Below, piece by piece: positions 27,622 to 37,167 of a stretch of 64,000 bases of DNA. Position 1 is the stretch's first letter. Every line of letters begins with the position of its first letter. The notes under the pieces are model-generated. The model was not told the origin of the DNA. It ran no database searches and was given only the letters and a program-made list of their open reading frames with translations. The stretch comes from Candidatus Omnitrophota bacterium. Its GTDB lineage: Bacteria; Omnitrophota; Gorgyraeia; Zapsychrales; JAKLDJ01. Location of the stretch: positions 14,250-78,249 of the forward strand of contig JAKLDJ010000003.1 in NCBI GenBank assembly GCA_022703585.1. Reading direction: 5' to 3'. The translations under genes and the position numbers were made by a program.

Positions 27622-29424
27622 ATGTGCGGTATCGCAGGAATTCTAACCAAACAGCAAGATTGCTCGAGTCTTATCGAATCGATGGGCGCTTCATTAAACC
27701 ATCGCGGCCCTGACGGCCGAGGGCTTTTTATTGATAAGGAGCAGGGCGTTTATTTAAGCCATAACCGCCTTTCCATTATCGATCTTTCCTCTAATGCCCG
27801 CCAACCGATTTATAGCGAAGACAATAATGTTTTAGCTGTTGTTAACGGCGAGATATACAACTTTACCGATTTAAGGGAACATCTCAAACAAAAGGGGCAT
27901 CAATTTCGCTCTACCGGTGACTCGGAGGTGGTTGTTCATGCCTACGAGCAGTGGGGCGAGGATTTTGTCAATAGGCTCGACGGGATGTTCGCGTTCTGTC
28001 TTTGGGATAAAAAAGAAAATAAGCTGGTCCTTGCCCGGGATGCCATCGGCATCAAACCACTTTATTTTTTAAGAACGGATAAGATTCTTGTCTTCGCCTC
28101 GGAGATTAAGGCCTTTCTTCAGCTGCCAAAGAAATTATACACTCCAACGATTAGCCGGCTTGCGGCCCAAACTCTTCTTACCTTTTCCATCATCCCTCAA
28201 GATAACCTGACTATTTTAGAGGGAATCGAGAAATTGCCGCCCGGACATATGCTGATCGCCGGAAACGGCGAAGTGAAATTTAAAGAATTCTGGAAGCTAA
28301 ACTCTAGCGGCATAGAGGCTACGATAAGTTTTTCGGATGCCTGCGGTCAATTGGAAGAAAGACTGCTAAAGGCTGTTAAGGCGCATCTGCAGAGCGATGT
28401 CGGCCTTGGCGTCCTTCTTTCCGGCGGGGTAGACTCGAGCCTTATTGCGGCCATGGCTGCCAAAGTTCTTAAAGAGCCGATTTTGACTTTTACCGCAGGC
28501 TTTGACCATCCTAAGGATGAGCGTTCTTATGCGGAATCTGTTGCCAGGAGTTTGGGGTCTCGCCATATTTCTTTTACGATCAATCCCAATGAGGTATTCC
28601 TAAAAATCGAAGAATTAATGGAGAGCTTTGACGATCTTTCTTCCGTCGACGGTGGTTTTATTACAACGTTTCTTATCGCACAGAGAATAAAACAGTCCGG
28701 CATTAAGGTTGTTTTAAGCGGAGAGGGAGCGGATGAGATTTTTGGCGGCTATCCGTGGTTTATGCTGGCCGATTTTCCTTTTAATATTTTGCCGCAGGGG
28801 CTAAGAAACAGATTGTACTATTGCCGGATATCAAAAAATCTTACGCGTCCCGGTGTTTCTCTTGGGAGTGCTCTGATGAACGATTTTATAGGCAGCCTTA
28901 ACCAAGAAGACATTTTCCGCCAAGTGTCCGGATTTGAGATTCGTCGTCAATTGCCTAACAGTTTCTTGATGAAAGTCGATAAGGCTGCGATGGCGCACGG
29001 AGTTGAAGTCCGGGTACCGTATCTGGCGAAGGAGATTGTTGAATTTGTTTATAACTTGCCCAAGGATTTTAAACGGCGGAGGAGGGTAATGAAATTCGGA
29101 CGTGTCGAAGGCAAATCTATCCTCAGATGCGTTGCCCAGAAATATATCTCTCGGGAAATCGCCTTTCGCCGGAAACAGGGTTTTATGCTGCCGGTTGACC
29201 GGGTGCTTCAATCTAACGGGGATAAAGTGCGAAGTTATCTGCTGGAGCCAAATAGCTTCGCTCGAAACATGTTGGAAGCGAAGGAATTAGAGGATTTATT
29301 GAGCCCTCGCGGGTGTTCGGTTTTTCCATTTTCAAAGCAAAAAGAGGCGCTTCTCTGGAGGCTGTTTGTTCTGGAGATTTGGCATAAAAAGTTTCTGAAA
29401 ATGAGCGAAAACAGGCAATTTTAG
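27622..29424 (+). CDS. asnB: Asparagine synthetase (glutamine-hydrolysing) family amidotransferase (AsnB/WbpS-like)
   Basis: N-terminal MCGIAGIL (Ntn Cys2) and synthetase domain SGGVDSS. Confidence 0.85.
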   Translation: MCGIAGILTKQQDCSSLIESMGASLNHRGPDGRGLFIDKEQGVYLSHNRLSIIDLSSNARQPIYSEDNNVLAVVNGEIYNFTDLREHLKQKGHQFRSTGDSEVVVHAYEQWGEDFVNRLDGMFAFCLWDKKENKLVLARDAIGIKPLYFLRTDKILVFASEIKAFLQLPKKLYTPTISRLAAQTLLTFSIIPQDNLTILEGIEKLPPGHMLIAGNGEVKFKEFWKLNSSGIEATISFSDACGQLEERLLKAVKAHLQSDVGLGVLLSGGVDSSLIAAMAAKVLKEPILTFTAGFDHPKDERSYAESVARSLGSRHISFTINPNEVFLKIEELMESFDDLSSVDGGFITTFLIAQRIKQSGIKVVLSGEGADEIFGGYPWFMLADFPFNILPQGLRNRLYYCRISKNLTRPGVSLGSALMNDFIGSLNQEDIFRQVSGFEIRRQLPNSFLMKVDKAAMAHGVEVRVPYLAKEIVEFVYNLPKDFKRRRRVMKFGRVEGKSILRCVAQKYISREIAFRRKQGFMLPVDRVLQSNGDKVRSYLLEPNSFARNMLEAKELEDLLSPRGCSVFPFSKQKEALLWRLFVLEIWHKKFLKMSENRQF

Positions 29425-29587
29425 CTGTTTTACCGTATGTTTCTGGGTGCCTAAATGATTTCTTGGAATCTGAATAGTTGGTTGCATTTAGAAAGCATTT
29501 TCGGTATACTAACGATGTTTCTTTTGGCGCCGAATGACCTTATCAATAGGCCATTTTCATTAATTAGATAGAGGCAAAATAGTCTCC

Positions 29588-30214
29588 ATGTTCCCTAAAC
29601 CCACGCTAACTAAAGAAGATATCGTCAAGTTCGAAAACGAGATCGCCGAAATCTTTGCCACCGGCGCTATTAGGGCCCCGGTGCATCTTCGCGCCGGCAG
29701 GGAAGATCAATTGATTGAGATTTTTAAGAACAATCACATCGGCCCCCAGGATTATGTGTTTGGTTTTTGGGATTCCCACGAATTGGCGCTTCTAAAAGGC
29801 GTCCCCCGGGAGGAAGTTAAAAAGGCTATTCTTGAAGGGAGAAGCATTTCGCTCTGTTTTCCCCAATACAATGTTTTCTGTTCCGGCATTGTCGGAAGCC
29901 TTATGGGAACAGCGGTCGGTGTTGGCTGGGCCTTAAAAAAGCAGAACAAAAAAGGCAAGGCGTATCTCTTTTGCGGCGATATGTCGTCGGAAACCGGTAT
30001 ATTCCATGAGGCGGTTAAATATGCTTACAATTTCGATTTGCCGGTTGTTTTTGTTGTCTGCGACAACGGCTTAAGTGTCATGACTAAAACCCGGGAGGTG
30101 TGGGGTAGTGATGAACCCTGGTTTAAGGGCACCAAATACGAGAAGAAAATCATTTATTTTAAGTATGTTAACGGCTATCCCCACTCGGGCTTAGGAAAAT
30201 TGATCAAATTCTAA
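29588..30214 (+). CDS. Thiamine-diphosphate-dependent enzyme, TPP-binding (PP) subunit of a split E1/transketolase-like enzyme
   Basis: TPP motif CGDMSSETGIFHEAVKYAYNFDLPVVFVVCDNG (GDG-X-N-like). Confidence 0.65.
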   Translation: MFPKPTLTKEDIVKFENEIAEIFATGAIRAPVHLRAGREDQLIEIFKNNHIGPQDYVFGFWDSHELALLKGVPREEVKKAILEGRSISLCFPQYNVFCSGIVGSLMGTAVGVGWALKKQNKKGKAYLFCGDMSSETGIFHEAVKYAYNFDLPVVFVVCDNGLSVMTKTREVWGSDEPWFKGTKYEKKIIYFKYVNGYPHSGLGKLIKF

Positions 30215-30215
30215 T

Positions 30216-30752
30216 ATGAAATACTTCGACGAACTTAAAAGAACGATGGAGTGGCTTGCACAGCAACCCCATACGCTATTTGTCGGGCAAACGGTTGCCG
30301 GGCCCGGGACTTTCATGTTCCAGACTTTGAGGGATGTCTCACCGGAAAAAACCTTGGAAATGCCTATTAATGAAAGTTTTCAAATGCAGTTTTCTATCGG
30401 ATTGGCCTTAGCCGGCTATGTGCCTATCTCGGTTTATCCGCGCCAGAATTTTCTGCTGATCGCGGTTTCGGATATGGTCAACATGCTGGATAAGATCCCG
30501 GCCATTAGCGATAATAAAGTGATCCCTAAAGTCATTATAAGGGTAGCGGTCGGGCCCGACGCGCCGGTTCATCCCGGCCATCAGCATGTGGGTAATTATG
30601 CCGAGGCCTTTAGAAAGATGTTTGGTTGGATCGAAGTCGTCGAATTAAATGAGCCTCAGGAGATTTTTCCGGCCTATAAGCATGCCCTGGAACGAACGGA
30701 CAATAAATCGACGCTTCTTATTGAGCACGGGAATTATTACAATCAAAAGTAG
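30216..30752 (+). CDS. Thiamine-diphosphate-dependent enzyme, pyrimidine-binding (Pyr) subunit
   Basis: ESFQMQFSIGLALAG pyrimidine-domain-like motif. ATG follows the upstream stop by 1 nt (translational coupling). Confidence 0.6.
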   Translation: MKYFDELKRTMEWLAQQPHTLFVGQTVAGPGTFMFQTLRDVSPEKTLEMPINESFQMQFSIGLALAGYVPISVYPRQNFLLIAVSDMVNMLDKIPAISDNKVIPKVIIRVAVGPDAPVHPGHQHVGNYAEAFRKMFGWIEVVELNEPQEIFPAYKHALERTDNKSTLLIEHGNYYNQK

Positions 30753-30756
30753 CCTT

Positions 30757-31695
30757 ATGAATCATAATTCTGCCATTTTAGTCGTCGGCCATGACGACAT
30801 TATCGACAATTCGCTTTTTAATTATTTTAAGGCGCATAACTTTAAGAAGGTATATTCTTCATTCCGTGCGGGTTTGGATGTGCTTAATCAGGGGGCGGTG
30901 CGGTCTTTTTTAAAGTCTAAAAGAATCGATTATGTTTTTTTATCCTCGACGCGCTCAGGGGGTATTGCCGCGAATCAGAAGTACGCGGCTGAGTTTATTT
31001 ATAGCAATCTGGAAAGCCAAAATAACATTATCCACGCTTCCTATCAATCCAACGTCAAGAAACTGATGTATTTTGCCGGGTCGTGCGCTTATCCAAAAGA
31101 AACGCCCCAGCCCATTAAAGAAAAATATTTGTTAACCGGCCCCTTGGAGAGTACCAGCGAGCCGTATTCTGTCGCCAAGATTGCCGGCATAAAGCTGTGT
31201 CAGGCTTATAAAAGGCAATACGGCTTTAACACTGTTGTCGCTGTTCCTTCGACAATTTACGGCCCCGGAAGCGATGTCGATATTACCACCGCCCACGTGA
31301 TCGGGGCTTTGATCGGAAAGTTTCACGAGGCTAAATCCCGCAATAAAAACGAGGTTGTTGTTTGGGGCAGCGGAAAACCGCGCCGGGAATTTCTCTATGC
31401 GGATGATTTTGTCGATGCCTGTCTGTTTTTGATGAATACGTATGAAGATGCCGAAATGATTAATGTCGGCTGCGGTTTTGACGTGTCGATTAAAGAGTTG
31501 GCGGAGATGATTGCGGAAGTATCGGGATTTAAGGGGAAAATCGTTTTTGACCGGACGAAACCCGACGGCACCATGCGTAAGCTCATGGACAATAGCCGCA
31601 TCAAGCGCCTGGGCTGGAGGCCGAAGATTGGCTTAAAGGAAGGGATTAAGAAAACATACGATTGGTACGCACAGACAAAGGAGTCCAAGAGATGA
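30757..31695 (+). CDS. GDP-L-fucose synthase-like NAD(P)-dependent epimerase/reductase (Fcl/WcaG family; possibly a GDP-6-deoxyheptose reductase)
   Basis: Fcl-like segments LVVGHDD..., YPKETPQPIKEKYLLTGPLESTSEPYSVAKIAG and KLCQAYKRQYGFN. The long upstream frame from 30649 is rejected. Confidence 0.75.
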   Translation: MNHNSAILVVGHDDIIDNSLFNYFKAHNFKKVYSSFRAGLDVLNQGAVRSFLKSKRIDYVFLSSTRSGGIAANQKYAAEFIYSNLESQNNIIHASYQSNVKKLMYFAGSCAYPKETPQPIKEKYLLTGPLESTSEPYSVAKIAGIKLCQAYKRQYGFNTVVAVPSTIYGPGSDVDITTAHVIGALIGKFHEAKSRNKNEVVVWGSGKPRREFLYADDFVDACLFLMNTYEDAEMINVGCGFDVSIKELAEMIAEVSGFKGKIVFDRTKPDGTMRKLMDNSRIKRLGWRPKIGLKEGIKKTYDWYAQTKESKR

Positions 31696-32624
31696 AGATT
31701 TTAGTGACGGGCGGCGCCGGCTATATCGGCTCGGTTTTGGTTCCTGCTCTTTTAAAAAAAGGGCACAAGGCTGTTGTTCTCGATAATTTTATGTATAACC
31801 AAACCCCCTTGCTGGATTGCTGTTACGATAAAAACTTAGAAATCATCAGGGGGGATGTGCGTAATAAATCCCTGGTGACTAAACTCATTAAAGATGTGGA
31901 CGCCATTTTTCCTTTGGCGTGTCTAACCGGGGCGCCCTTATGCAACAAAGACCCTATTGCTGCCCAGACGGTTATTTACGATGCCGTTAAAATGATCCTG
32001 GATTTAAGAAGCAAAGAACAAATTGTTATTTTCCCGACGACCAACAGCGGTTACGGGGTAGGCCAAAAAGGAAAATTTTGTACGGAAAAAACCCCTTTAA
32101 AACCTATTTCGCTTTACGGCCAGTTAAAAGTCAAAGCAGAAAATGATATTTTGGATGCCGGCAATGCGATTACCTTAAGGCTGGCGACGGCCTTTGGGAT
32201 GAGCCCGCGCATGCGCTTGGATTTATTGGTTAATGATTTTACCTACAGGGCTGTCTATGACCGTTTTATCGTATTATTCGAAGCGCATTTTAAGAGGAAT
32301 TTTATCCATGTGCGTGATGTGGCCAAGGCCTTTATTCACTGCCTGGATAACTTTAGCAAGATGAAAAATGAGCCTTACAATGTAGGCTTAAGCGATGCCA
32401 ATTTAAGCAAGCAGGAGTTGTGCGAGGAAATCAAGAAACACGTGCCGGAGTTCTATTTTGTGGAGTCCGCTGTCGGTGAGGACCCGGACAAAAGGGACTA
32501 TATTGTCAGCAATGAAAAAATAGAGAAAGCCGGTTTTCGTCCTGACGTCTCCATATCGGATGGTATCAGGGAGCTGGTAAAAGGGTATCAGATTATCAAG
32601 AGAAATCAATTTGCCAACGTTTAG
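31692..32624 (+). CDS. NAD-dependent epimerase/dehydratase family protein
   Basis: MKILVTGGAGYIGSVLV Rossmann motif and YGQLK (YxxxK). Confidence 0.75.
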   Translation: MKILVTGGAGYIGSVLVPALLKKGHKAVVLDNFMYNQTPLLDCCYDKNLEIIRGDVRNKSLVTKLIKDVDAIFPLACLTGAPLCNKDPIAAQTVIYDAVKMILDLRSKEQIVIFPTTNSGYGVGQKGKFCTEKTPLKPISLYGQLKVKAENDILDAGNAITLRLATAFGMSPRMRLDLLVNDFTYRAVYDRFIVLFEAHFKRNFIHVRDVAKAFIHCLDNFSKMKNEPYNVGLSDANLSKQELCEEIKKHVPEFYFVESAVGEDPDKRDYIVSNEKIEKAGFRPDVSISDGIRELVKGYQIIKRNQFANV

Positions 32625-32696
32625 CCCTATAGTATAATGGGCGCATTAAATCGTCGATGAGGAAAGCAAGTTTTCTTCTCCAATAAGGAAAAGTTA

Positions 32697-34208
32697 ATGT
32701 CTAAGAATGTCGATGTTGTTTTGATTAAAACCAACAGCCAGAAGAGGATTTATCAGGACTTAAGCGAAGATTTTACAGGGATAGAACCTCCTCTGTGGCT
32801 TGCACTTACAGCAGCAACCTTGCGGGGGCAAGGGTTTTCGGTTATGGCTATTGATGCCGAAGCCGAAGATTTGAATATCAAAGAGACTATTCAGAAAACC
32901 CTCGAACACAAACCCCTCCTGGTGGCGATTGTTGTTTCCGGAACCAATCCTTCGGCGTCAACCATGAATATGATAGGCGCCAGCGAGGTATTGGGCCAGT
33001 TTAAGGAAGCATCCCCCGGCACCCCGATAGTCCTTTCCGGGCTTCACCCTTCGGCGTTGCCGGAACGGACCATGAGAGAAGAAAGTACGGATTTTGTCAT
33101 CGAGGGTGAGGGTTTTTTGACCTATGCCGAATTGTTGAAGGCCCTTAAGGGTGGGAAAAAACTTGGGGAAGATTTTCAGATTAAAGGATTATGGTATAAG
33201 AAGAATGGAAAAATTATTTCTAATCCCCGTGCTCCTAATGTTGCCGATTTAGGAACGCTGCCGATGCCGGCATGGGACCTTCTTCCCATGGTGCGGTATC
33301 GTGCCCACAACTGGCATTGTTTCCAGAGTATTGACGAGCGCGAACCTTACGGCGTAATTTATACCAGCTTGGGGTGCCCTTTTAGCTGCAGTTTCTGCTG
33401 CATCAATGTTACGTTCGGAGGCTCCGGTATCCGCTACCGTCCGCCGCAAAAGGTTGCCGAAGAAATCGATTTTCTCGCCAAGAATTACGGGGTCAAGAAT
33501 ATAAAGATCTTAGACGAAATCTTTGTGCTTAAACCCGCTCATGTCATTGAGCTTTGCGACCGCATTATTGCCTTGGGTCATAATCTGAATTTCTGGGTTT
33601 ACGGAAGAATCGATACGGTCAGAGAAGACCTGCTGAAGAAAATGAAAGAGGCAGGGATGAATTGGATTGCCTACGGTATCGAATCCGGCAGTAAAAAAGT
33701 GCGCGACGGTGTTTCCAAGGGGCGGTTTGACCAGGAGACGATAAAAAGAGTGGTTAAAACAACCCATAGCGTCGGCATGCACATCGTAGCCAATTTTATT
33801 TTTGGCCTTCCGGACGATGATGAAGAGACGATGCAGGAGACATTGGACCTGGCCAAAGAGCTTAACTGCGAATACAGCAATTTCTATTGCGCGATGGCTT
33901 ATCCGGGATCGCAATTATATAAAGACGCGATTGCCCAGGGGGTACCGCTGCCCAAGACATGGGCGGGGTATTCGCAGTTTAGCGAAGAGACATTTCCGCT
34001 TCCTACCAAGCATATATCCGGTGCCCAGGTACTGCGTTTCCGGGATAAGGCATTCGATAATTATTACAGCGATCCCAAATATCTGGATATGATGATGGAA
34101 AAATTCGGTTCCAGGACGGTGGAGCATATTAAGAAAATGTGTTCGGTTAAATTGCGCCGGAAATATGCCGGAGAGGATAAAGAGGTCCATTCTAACAGGT
34201 TATCTTAA
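32697..34208 (+). CDS. B12-binding domain radical SAM enzyme (class B radical SAM methyltransferase-like)
   Basis: N-terminal cobalamin-binding Rossmann region and radical SAM CxxxCxxC motif (GCPFSCSFCC). Confidence 0.8.
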   Translation: MSKNVDVVLIKTNSQKRIYQDLSEDFTGIEPPLWLALTAATLRGQGFSVMAIDAEAEDLNIKETIQKTLEHKPLLVAIVVSGTNPSASTMNMIGASEVLGQFKEASPGTPIVLSGLHPSALPERTMREESTDFVIEGEGFLTYAELLKALKGGKKLGEDFQIKGLWYKKNGKIISNPRAPNVADLGTLPMPAWDLLPMVRYRAHNWHCFQSIDEREPYGVIYTSLGCPFSCSFCCINVTFGGSGIRYRPPQKVAEEIDFLAKNYGVKNIKILDEIFVLKPAHVIELCDRIIALGHNLNFWVYGRIDTVREDLLKKMKEAGMNWIAYGIESGSKKVRDGVSKGRFDQETIKRVVKTTHSVGMHIVANFIFGLPDDDEETMQETLDLAKELNCEYSNFYCAMAYPGSQLYKDAIAQGVPLPKTWAGYSQFSEETFPLPTKHISGAQVLRFRDKAFDNYYSDPKYLDMMMEKFGSRTVEHIKKMCSVKLRRKYAGEDKEVHSNRLS

Positions 34209-34217
34209 GAGGTTTCT

Positions 34218-35222
34218 ATGATTATCAGCCGTACGCCTTTTCGTGTTTCGTTTTTTGGTGGAGGGACTGACTATCCGGGGTGGTTTAACGGAAATAAGGG
34301 AGCGGTTTTAGCCACCACCATCGATAAATACTGCTATATCACCTGCCGTTATCTTCCGCCGTTTTTTGAACATAAATCGCGGATTATCTATTCAAGGATG
34401 GAACATGTCCAGGTCAGCGTTGATGAAATCCAGCATCCGGCGGTGCGCGAGGTGTTGAAATTTCTTAATATTCACGAGGGAATCGAGATTCATCACGACG
34501 GCGATCTTCCGGCACGCACGGGGTTGGGGTCAAGCTCTTCTTTTACGGTGGGACTTTTGAATGCCCTCTATGCGCTTAAAGGTATCATGGTCACCAAAGA
34601 ACGCCTGGCGCAAGAAGCGATTCTTATCGAGCAGGAAAAGTGTCAAGAAAATGTCGGATGCCAGGATCAAACCCTTGCCGCCTATGGGGGATTTAATTGC
34701 ATAGAATTCGGAGGCAGCGAACATTTGCAGGTCAGAAAGGTTACGCTTCCACGCGAGAGGTTGAATGCATTGCAGGACCACCTGATGATGTTTTTCACCG
34801 GTTTCTCTCGTACGGCCTCCGAGATTGCCGCCCATCAAGTTCAAAATATTCCTAACAAGACAAAAGAATTAACCGAAATGTACCAAATGGTTACAAAGGC
34901 TGTCGATATTTTAAACAGCAATGACGACTTGGACCGATTTGGAAAACTGCTTCACGAGAGCTGGAAGCTAAAACGAAGCCTTTCGAACAAGGTGAGTACT
35001 TCCCACATCGATGAATTATATAATGCCGCACTCCAGGCCGGGGCACAGGGCGGGAAGCTGCTGGGGGCGGGGGGCGGCGGTTTTCTTTTGCTTTTTGTCC
35101 ACCCGGATAAGCAAAAGAAGGTAAGGGAACAGTTTAAAAATCTTCTTTCAATACCTTTTCGGTTTGAGAACTTAGGTACCCAGATTATTTTTTACCAGCC
35201 CGGTACCGGAAAAGTCGTCTAA
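34218..35222 (+). CDS. GHMP family sugar kinase (HddA-like D-glycero-D-manno-heptose 7-phosphate kinase candidate)
   Basis: GHMP motif GLGSSSSFTVGLLNAL; N-terminus MIISRTPFRVSFFGGGTD. Confidence 0.7.
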   Translation: MIISRTPFRVSFFGGGTDYPGWFNGNKGAVLATTIDKYCYITCRYLPPFFEHKSRIIYSRMEHVQVSVDEIQHPAVREVLKFLNIHEGIEIHHDGDLPARTGLGSSSSFTVGLLNALYALKGIMVTKERLAQEAILIEQEKCQENVGCQDQTLAAYGGFNCIEFGGSEHLQVRKVTLPRERLNALQDHLMMFFTGFSRTASEIAAHQVQNIPNKTKELTEMYQMVTKAVDILNSNDDLDRFGKLLHESWKLKRSLSNKVSTSHIDELYNAALQAGAQGGKLLGAGGGGFLLLFVHPDKQKKVREQFKNLLSIPFRFENLGTQIIFYQPGTGKVV

Positions 35223-35238
35223 GCCGTGTCTAGCGCCT

Positions 35239-35946
35239 ATGTTAAGAGATAGGGATGTTTTTATTTTATGCGGAGGCCTGGGGACTCGGCTGCGCGCGGA
35301 AATCAGCGACCGGCCCAAGGTCCTGGCCGAAATTGACGGCCAGCCTTTTTTGGGGATTCTGCTGGATTATTTAGCCGGTCAGGGGTTTACCCGGTTCATT
35401 CTGGGGACGGGCTATAAATCTGAGCAGATTGAATCATTCTGCCGGGATAAAAAATCAAATCTCTCCGTCATTTTTTCAAGGGAAGATGAGCCTCTTGGTA
35501 CCGGCGGTGCCATCAAATATGCCAAGGCGCTGATTAATAGCGATGTTTTCTTTGCCCTCAACGGCGATTGTTTTTGTCCGATTGATTTTGCCCAGATGCT
35601 CAAATCTCACGTCCGGCATGAAGCCTGTGCCACTTTGGCCGTCTCCGACGTTTCGGAAAAACAGGATTTTGGCGCTATCCTGCTGGGGCCGGCCGATAAA
35701 ATTCTGAATTTCTCGGAAAAATCAACAGATCCGTCGGCAAAATATGTCAGTGCCGGCATCTATTGTTTTAATAAGGATATTTTTAAATTTATGCCGGCCA
35801 AGAAGAATTTCTCGATTGAGACGGAATTCTTTCCCGATATGGTCGGAAAAGATTTTTACGGCTTTAAGGCAGGCCACGAATTTATCGATATCGGAACACC
35901 CGATAGGCTTAAAAGGGCTAAAGATTTTCTGATGAAAGGCAGGTAG
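35239..35946 (+). CDS. Sugar-1-phosphate nucleotidyltransferase (HddC-like heptose-1-phosphate guanylyltransferase candidate)
   Basis: FILCGGLGTRLRAEISDRPKVLAEI signature; adjacent to GHMP kinase. Confidence 0.7.
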   Translation: MLRDRDVFILCGGLGTRLRAEISDRPKVLAEIDGQPFLGILLDYLAGQGFTRFILGTGYKSEQIESFCRDKKSNLSVIFSREDEPLGTGGAIKYAKALINSDVFFALNGDCFCPIDFAQMLKSHVRHEACATLAVSDVSEKQDFGAILLGPADKILNFSEKSTDPSAKYVSAGIYCFNKDIFKFMPAKKNFSIETEFFPDMVGKDFYGFKAGHEFIDIGTPDRLKRAKDFLMKGR

Positions 35947-35949
35947 AAG

Positions 35950-37152
35950 TTGTCTAAAAAGATGAAAGTCCCTTTTGGGGCAATGACCATTACGCCGCAT
36001 GCACGGGACCTTGTCAACAAGGCGCTCGATTCGACCCGGGTCTCGGGTGGGCAGTATGTCCATGAATTTGAAGATCGTTTTGCCAAGTTGGTGGGTGTGC
36101 GCCATGCGGTTGCTTTAAGTAGCGGCACGGATGCAGATATATTAGCTATGGCGGTATTGTACGACTTTGGCGCTCATCGTGGCGACGAAATTATTGTCCC
36201 CGCCTTGTCGTTTGTGGCGACGGGCAATGCGGTCTTGCACGCTGGATTCAAACCGGTATTTGTTGATATTAAAAGAGAAACGCTGAATATCGATCCTGAA
36301 AAAATTGAAGCGGCTATTACCAAAAAGACACGCGCCATCATGCCGGTGCATTTAATGGGAAAACCGGCGCCGATGGAGGCGATCAATGCGATCGCTAAAA
36401 AGCATAAGTTATTTGTTATTGAAGATGCGGCCGAAGCCCACGGCGCTGTTTATAAAGGCAAGAATGTAGGGCTATGGTCGGATATGGCAGCCTACAGCAC
36501 CTATGTCGCCCATATTATAACCACCATTGAAGGCGGTATTGTCACCACCAACCGCGAAGATTTTGCCGAAATCTTACGTTCGCTGCGGGCTCACGGGCGC
36601 GCCTGCAAATGTGATGTCTGCGTGGTTAATACGAATTCCGGTTATTGCGCCAAGCGATTCAAATACGGCAAGGACATACGGTTTGTTTTTGAGCGTGTGG
36701 GTTATTCGGCCAAGATGAACGAGCTGGAGGCGGCGATCGGACTGGGAAGCCTAACGCTTTATCATAAGATTATCGAAAAAAGGCGGCATAACCTGCTGAC
36801 GATGATTGAGCGGCTTAAGGAATTTGATCAGTATCTGACAACCATTGAAGAAGAAAAAGACGAGAGAATTGGGCCGCATGCGTTTCCTATTGTTGTCAAA
36901 GAAGGGGCGCCTTTTACGCGTGATGAGTTTGTTAGCTTTCTAGAGAAGAATGGCATTGATTCACGAGACCTGTTTTCTTCCATGCCTACCCAGTGTCCGG
37001 GATTTTCTTTCTTGGGCTATAAGCTGGGGGACTTTCCCAATGCCGAATTTATGGGCACCCAGGGCCTGCATATCGGCGTGCACCAGGATATCAATGACGA
37101 ACATATTGATTATGTCATGGATACCATCCGCGCATTCCTAAAATCTCAATGA
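35950..37152 (+). CDS. DegT/DnrJ/EryC1/StrS family PLP-dependent sugar aminotransferase (TTG start; alternative ATG 35962)
   Basis: DegT-like fold; ALSSGTDADILAMAVL and catalytic Lys region. Confidence 0.8.
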   Translation: MSKKMKVPFGAMTITPHARDLVNKALDSTRVSGGQYVHEFEDRFAKLVGVRHAVALSSGTDADILAMAVLYDFGAHRGDEIIVPALSFVATGNAVLHAGFKPVFVDIKRETLNIDPEKIEAAITKKTRAIMPVHLMGKPAPMEAINAIAKKHKLFVIEDAAEAHGAVYKGKNVGLWSDMAAYSTYVAHIITTIEGGIVTTNREDFAEILRSLRAHGRACKCDVCVVNTNSGYCAKRFKYGKDIRFVFERVGYSAKMNELEAAIGLGSLTLYHKIIEKRRHNLLTMIERLKEFDQYLTTIEEEKDERIGPHAFPIVVKEGAPFTRDEFVSFLEKNGIDSRDLFSSMPTQCPGFSFLGYKLGDFPNAEFMGTQGLHIGVHQDINDEHIDYVMDTIRAFLKSQ

Positions 37153-37167
37153 GGACGGTGTATCCTT

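Noticed and set aside
29588-30752. Frameshifted pseudogene of a single TPP enzyme
   Set aside because: The break falls exactly at the natural PP/Pyr domain boundary, with a stop-1nt-ATG junction typical of translational coupling. Split alpha/beta TPP enzymes are common.
30649-30756. Extended start for the Fcl-like gene overlapping the TPP beta subunit
   Set aside because: Homology begins at MNHNSAILVVG (ATG 30757). The upstream part is an out-of-context read-through frame.
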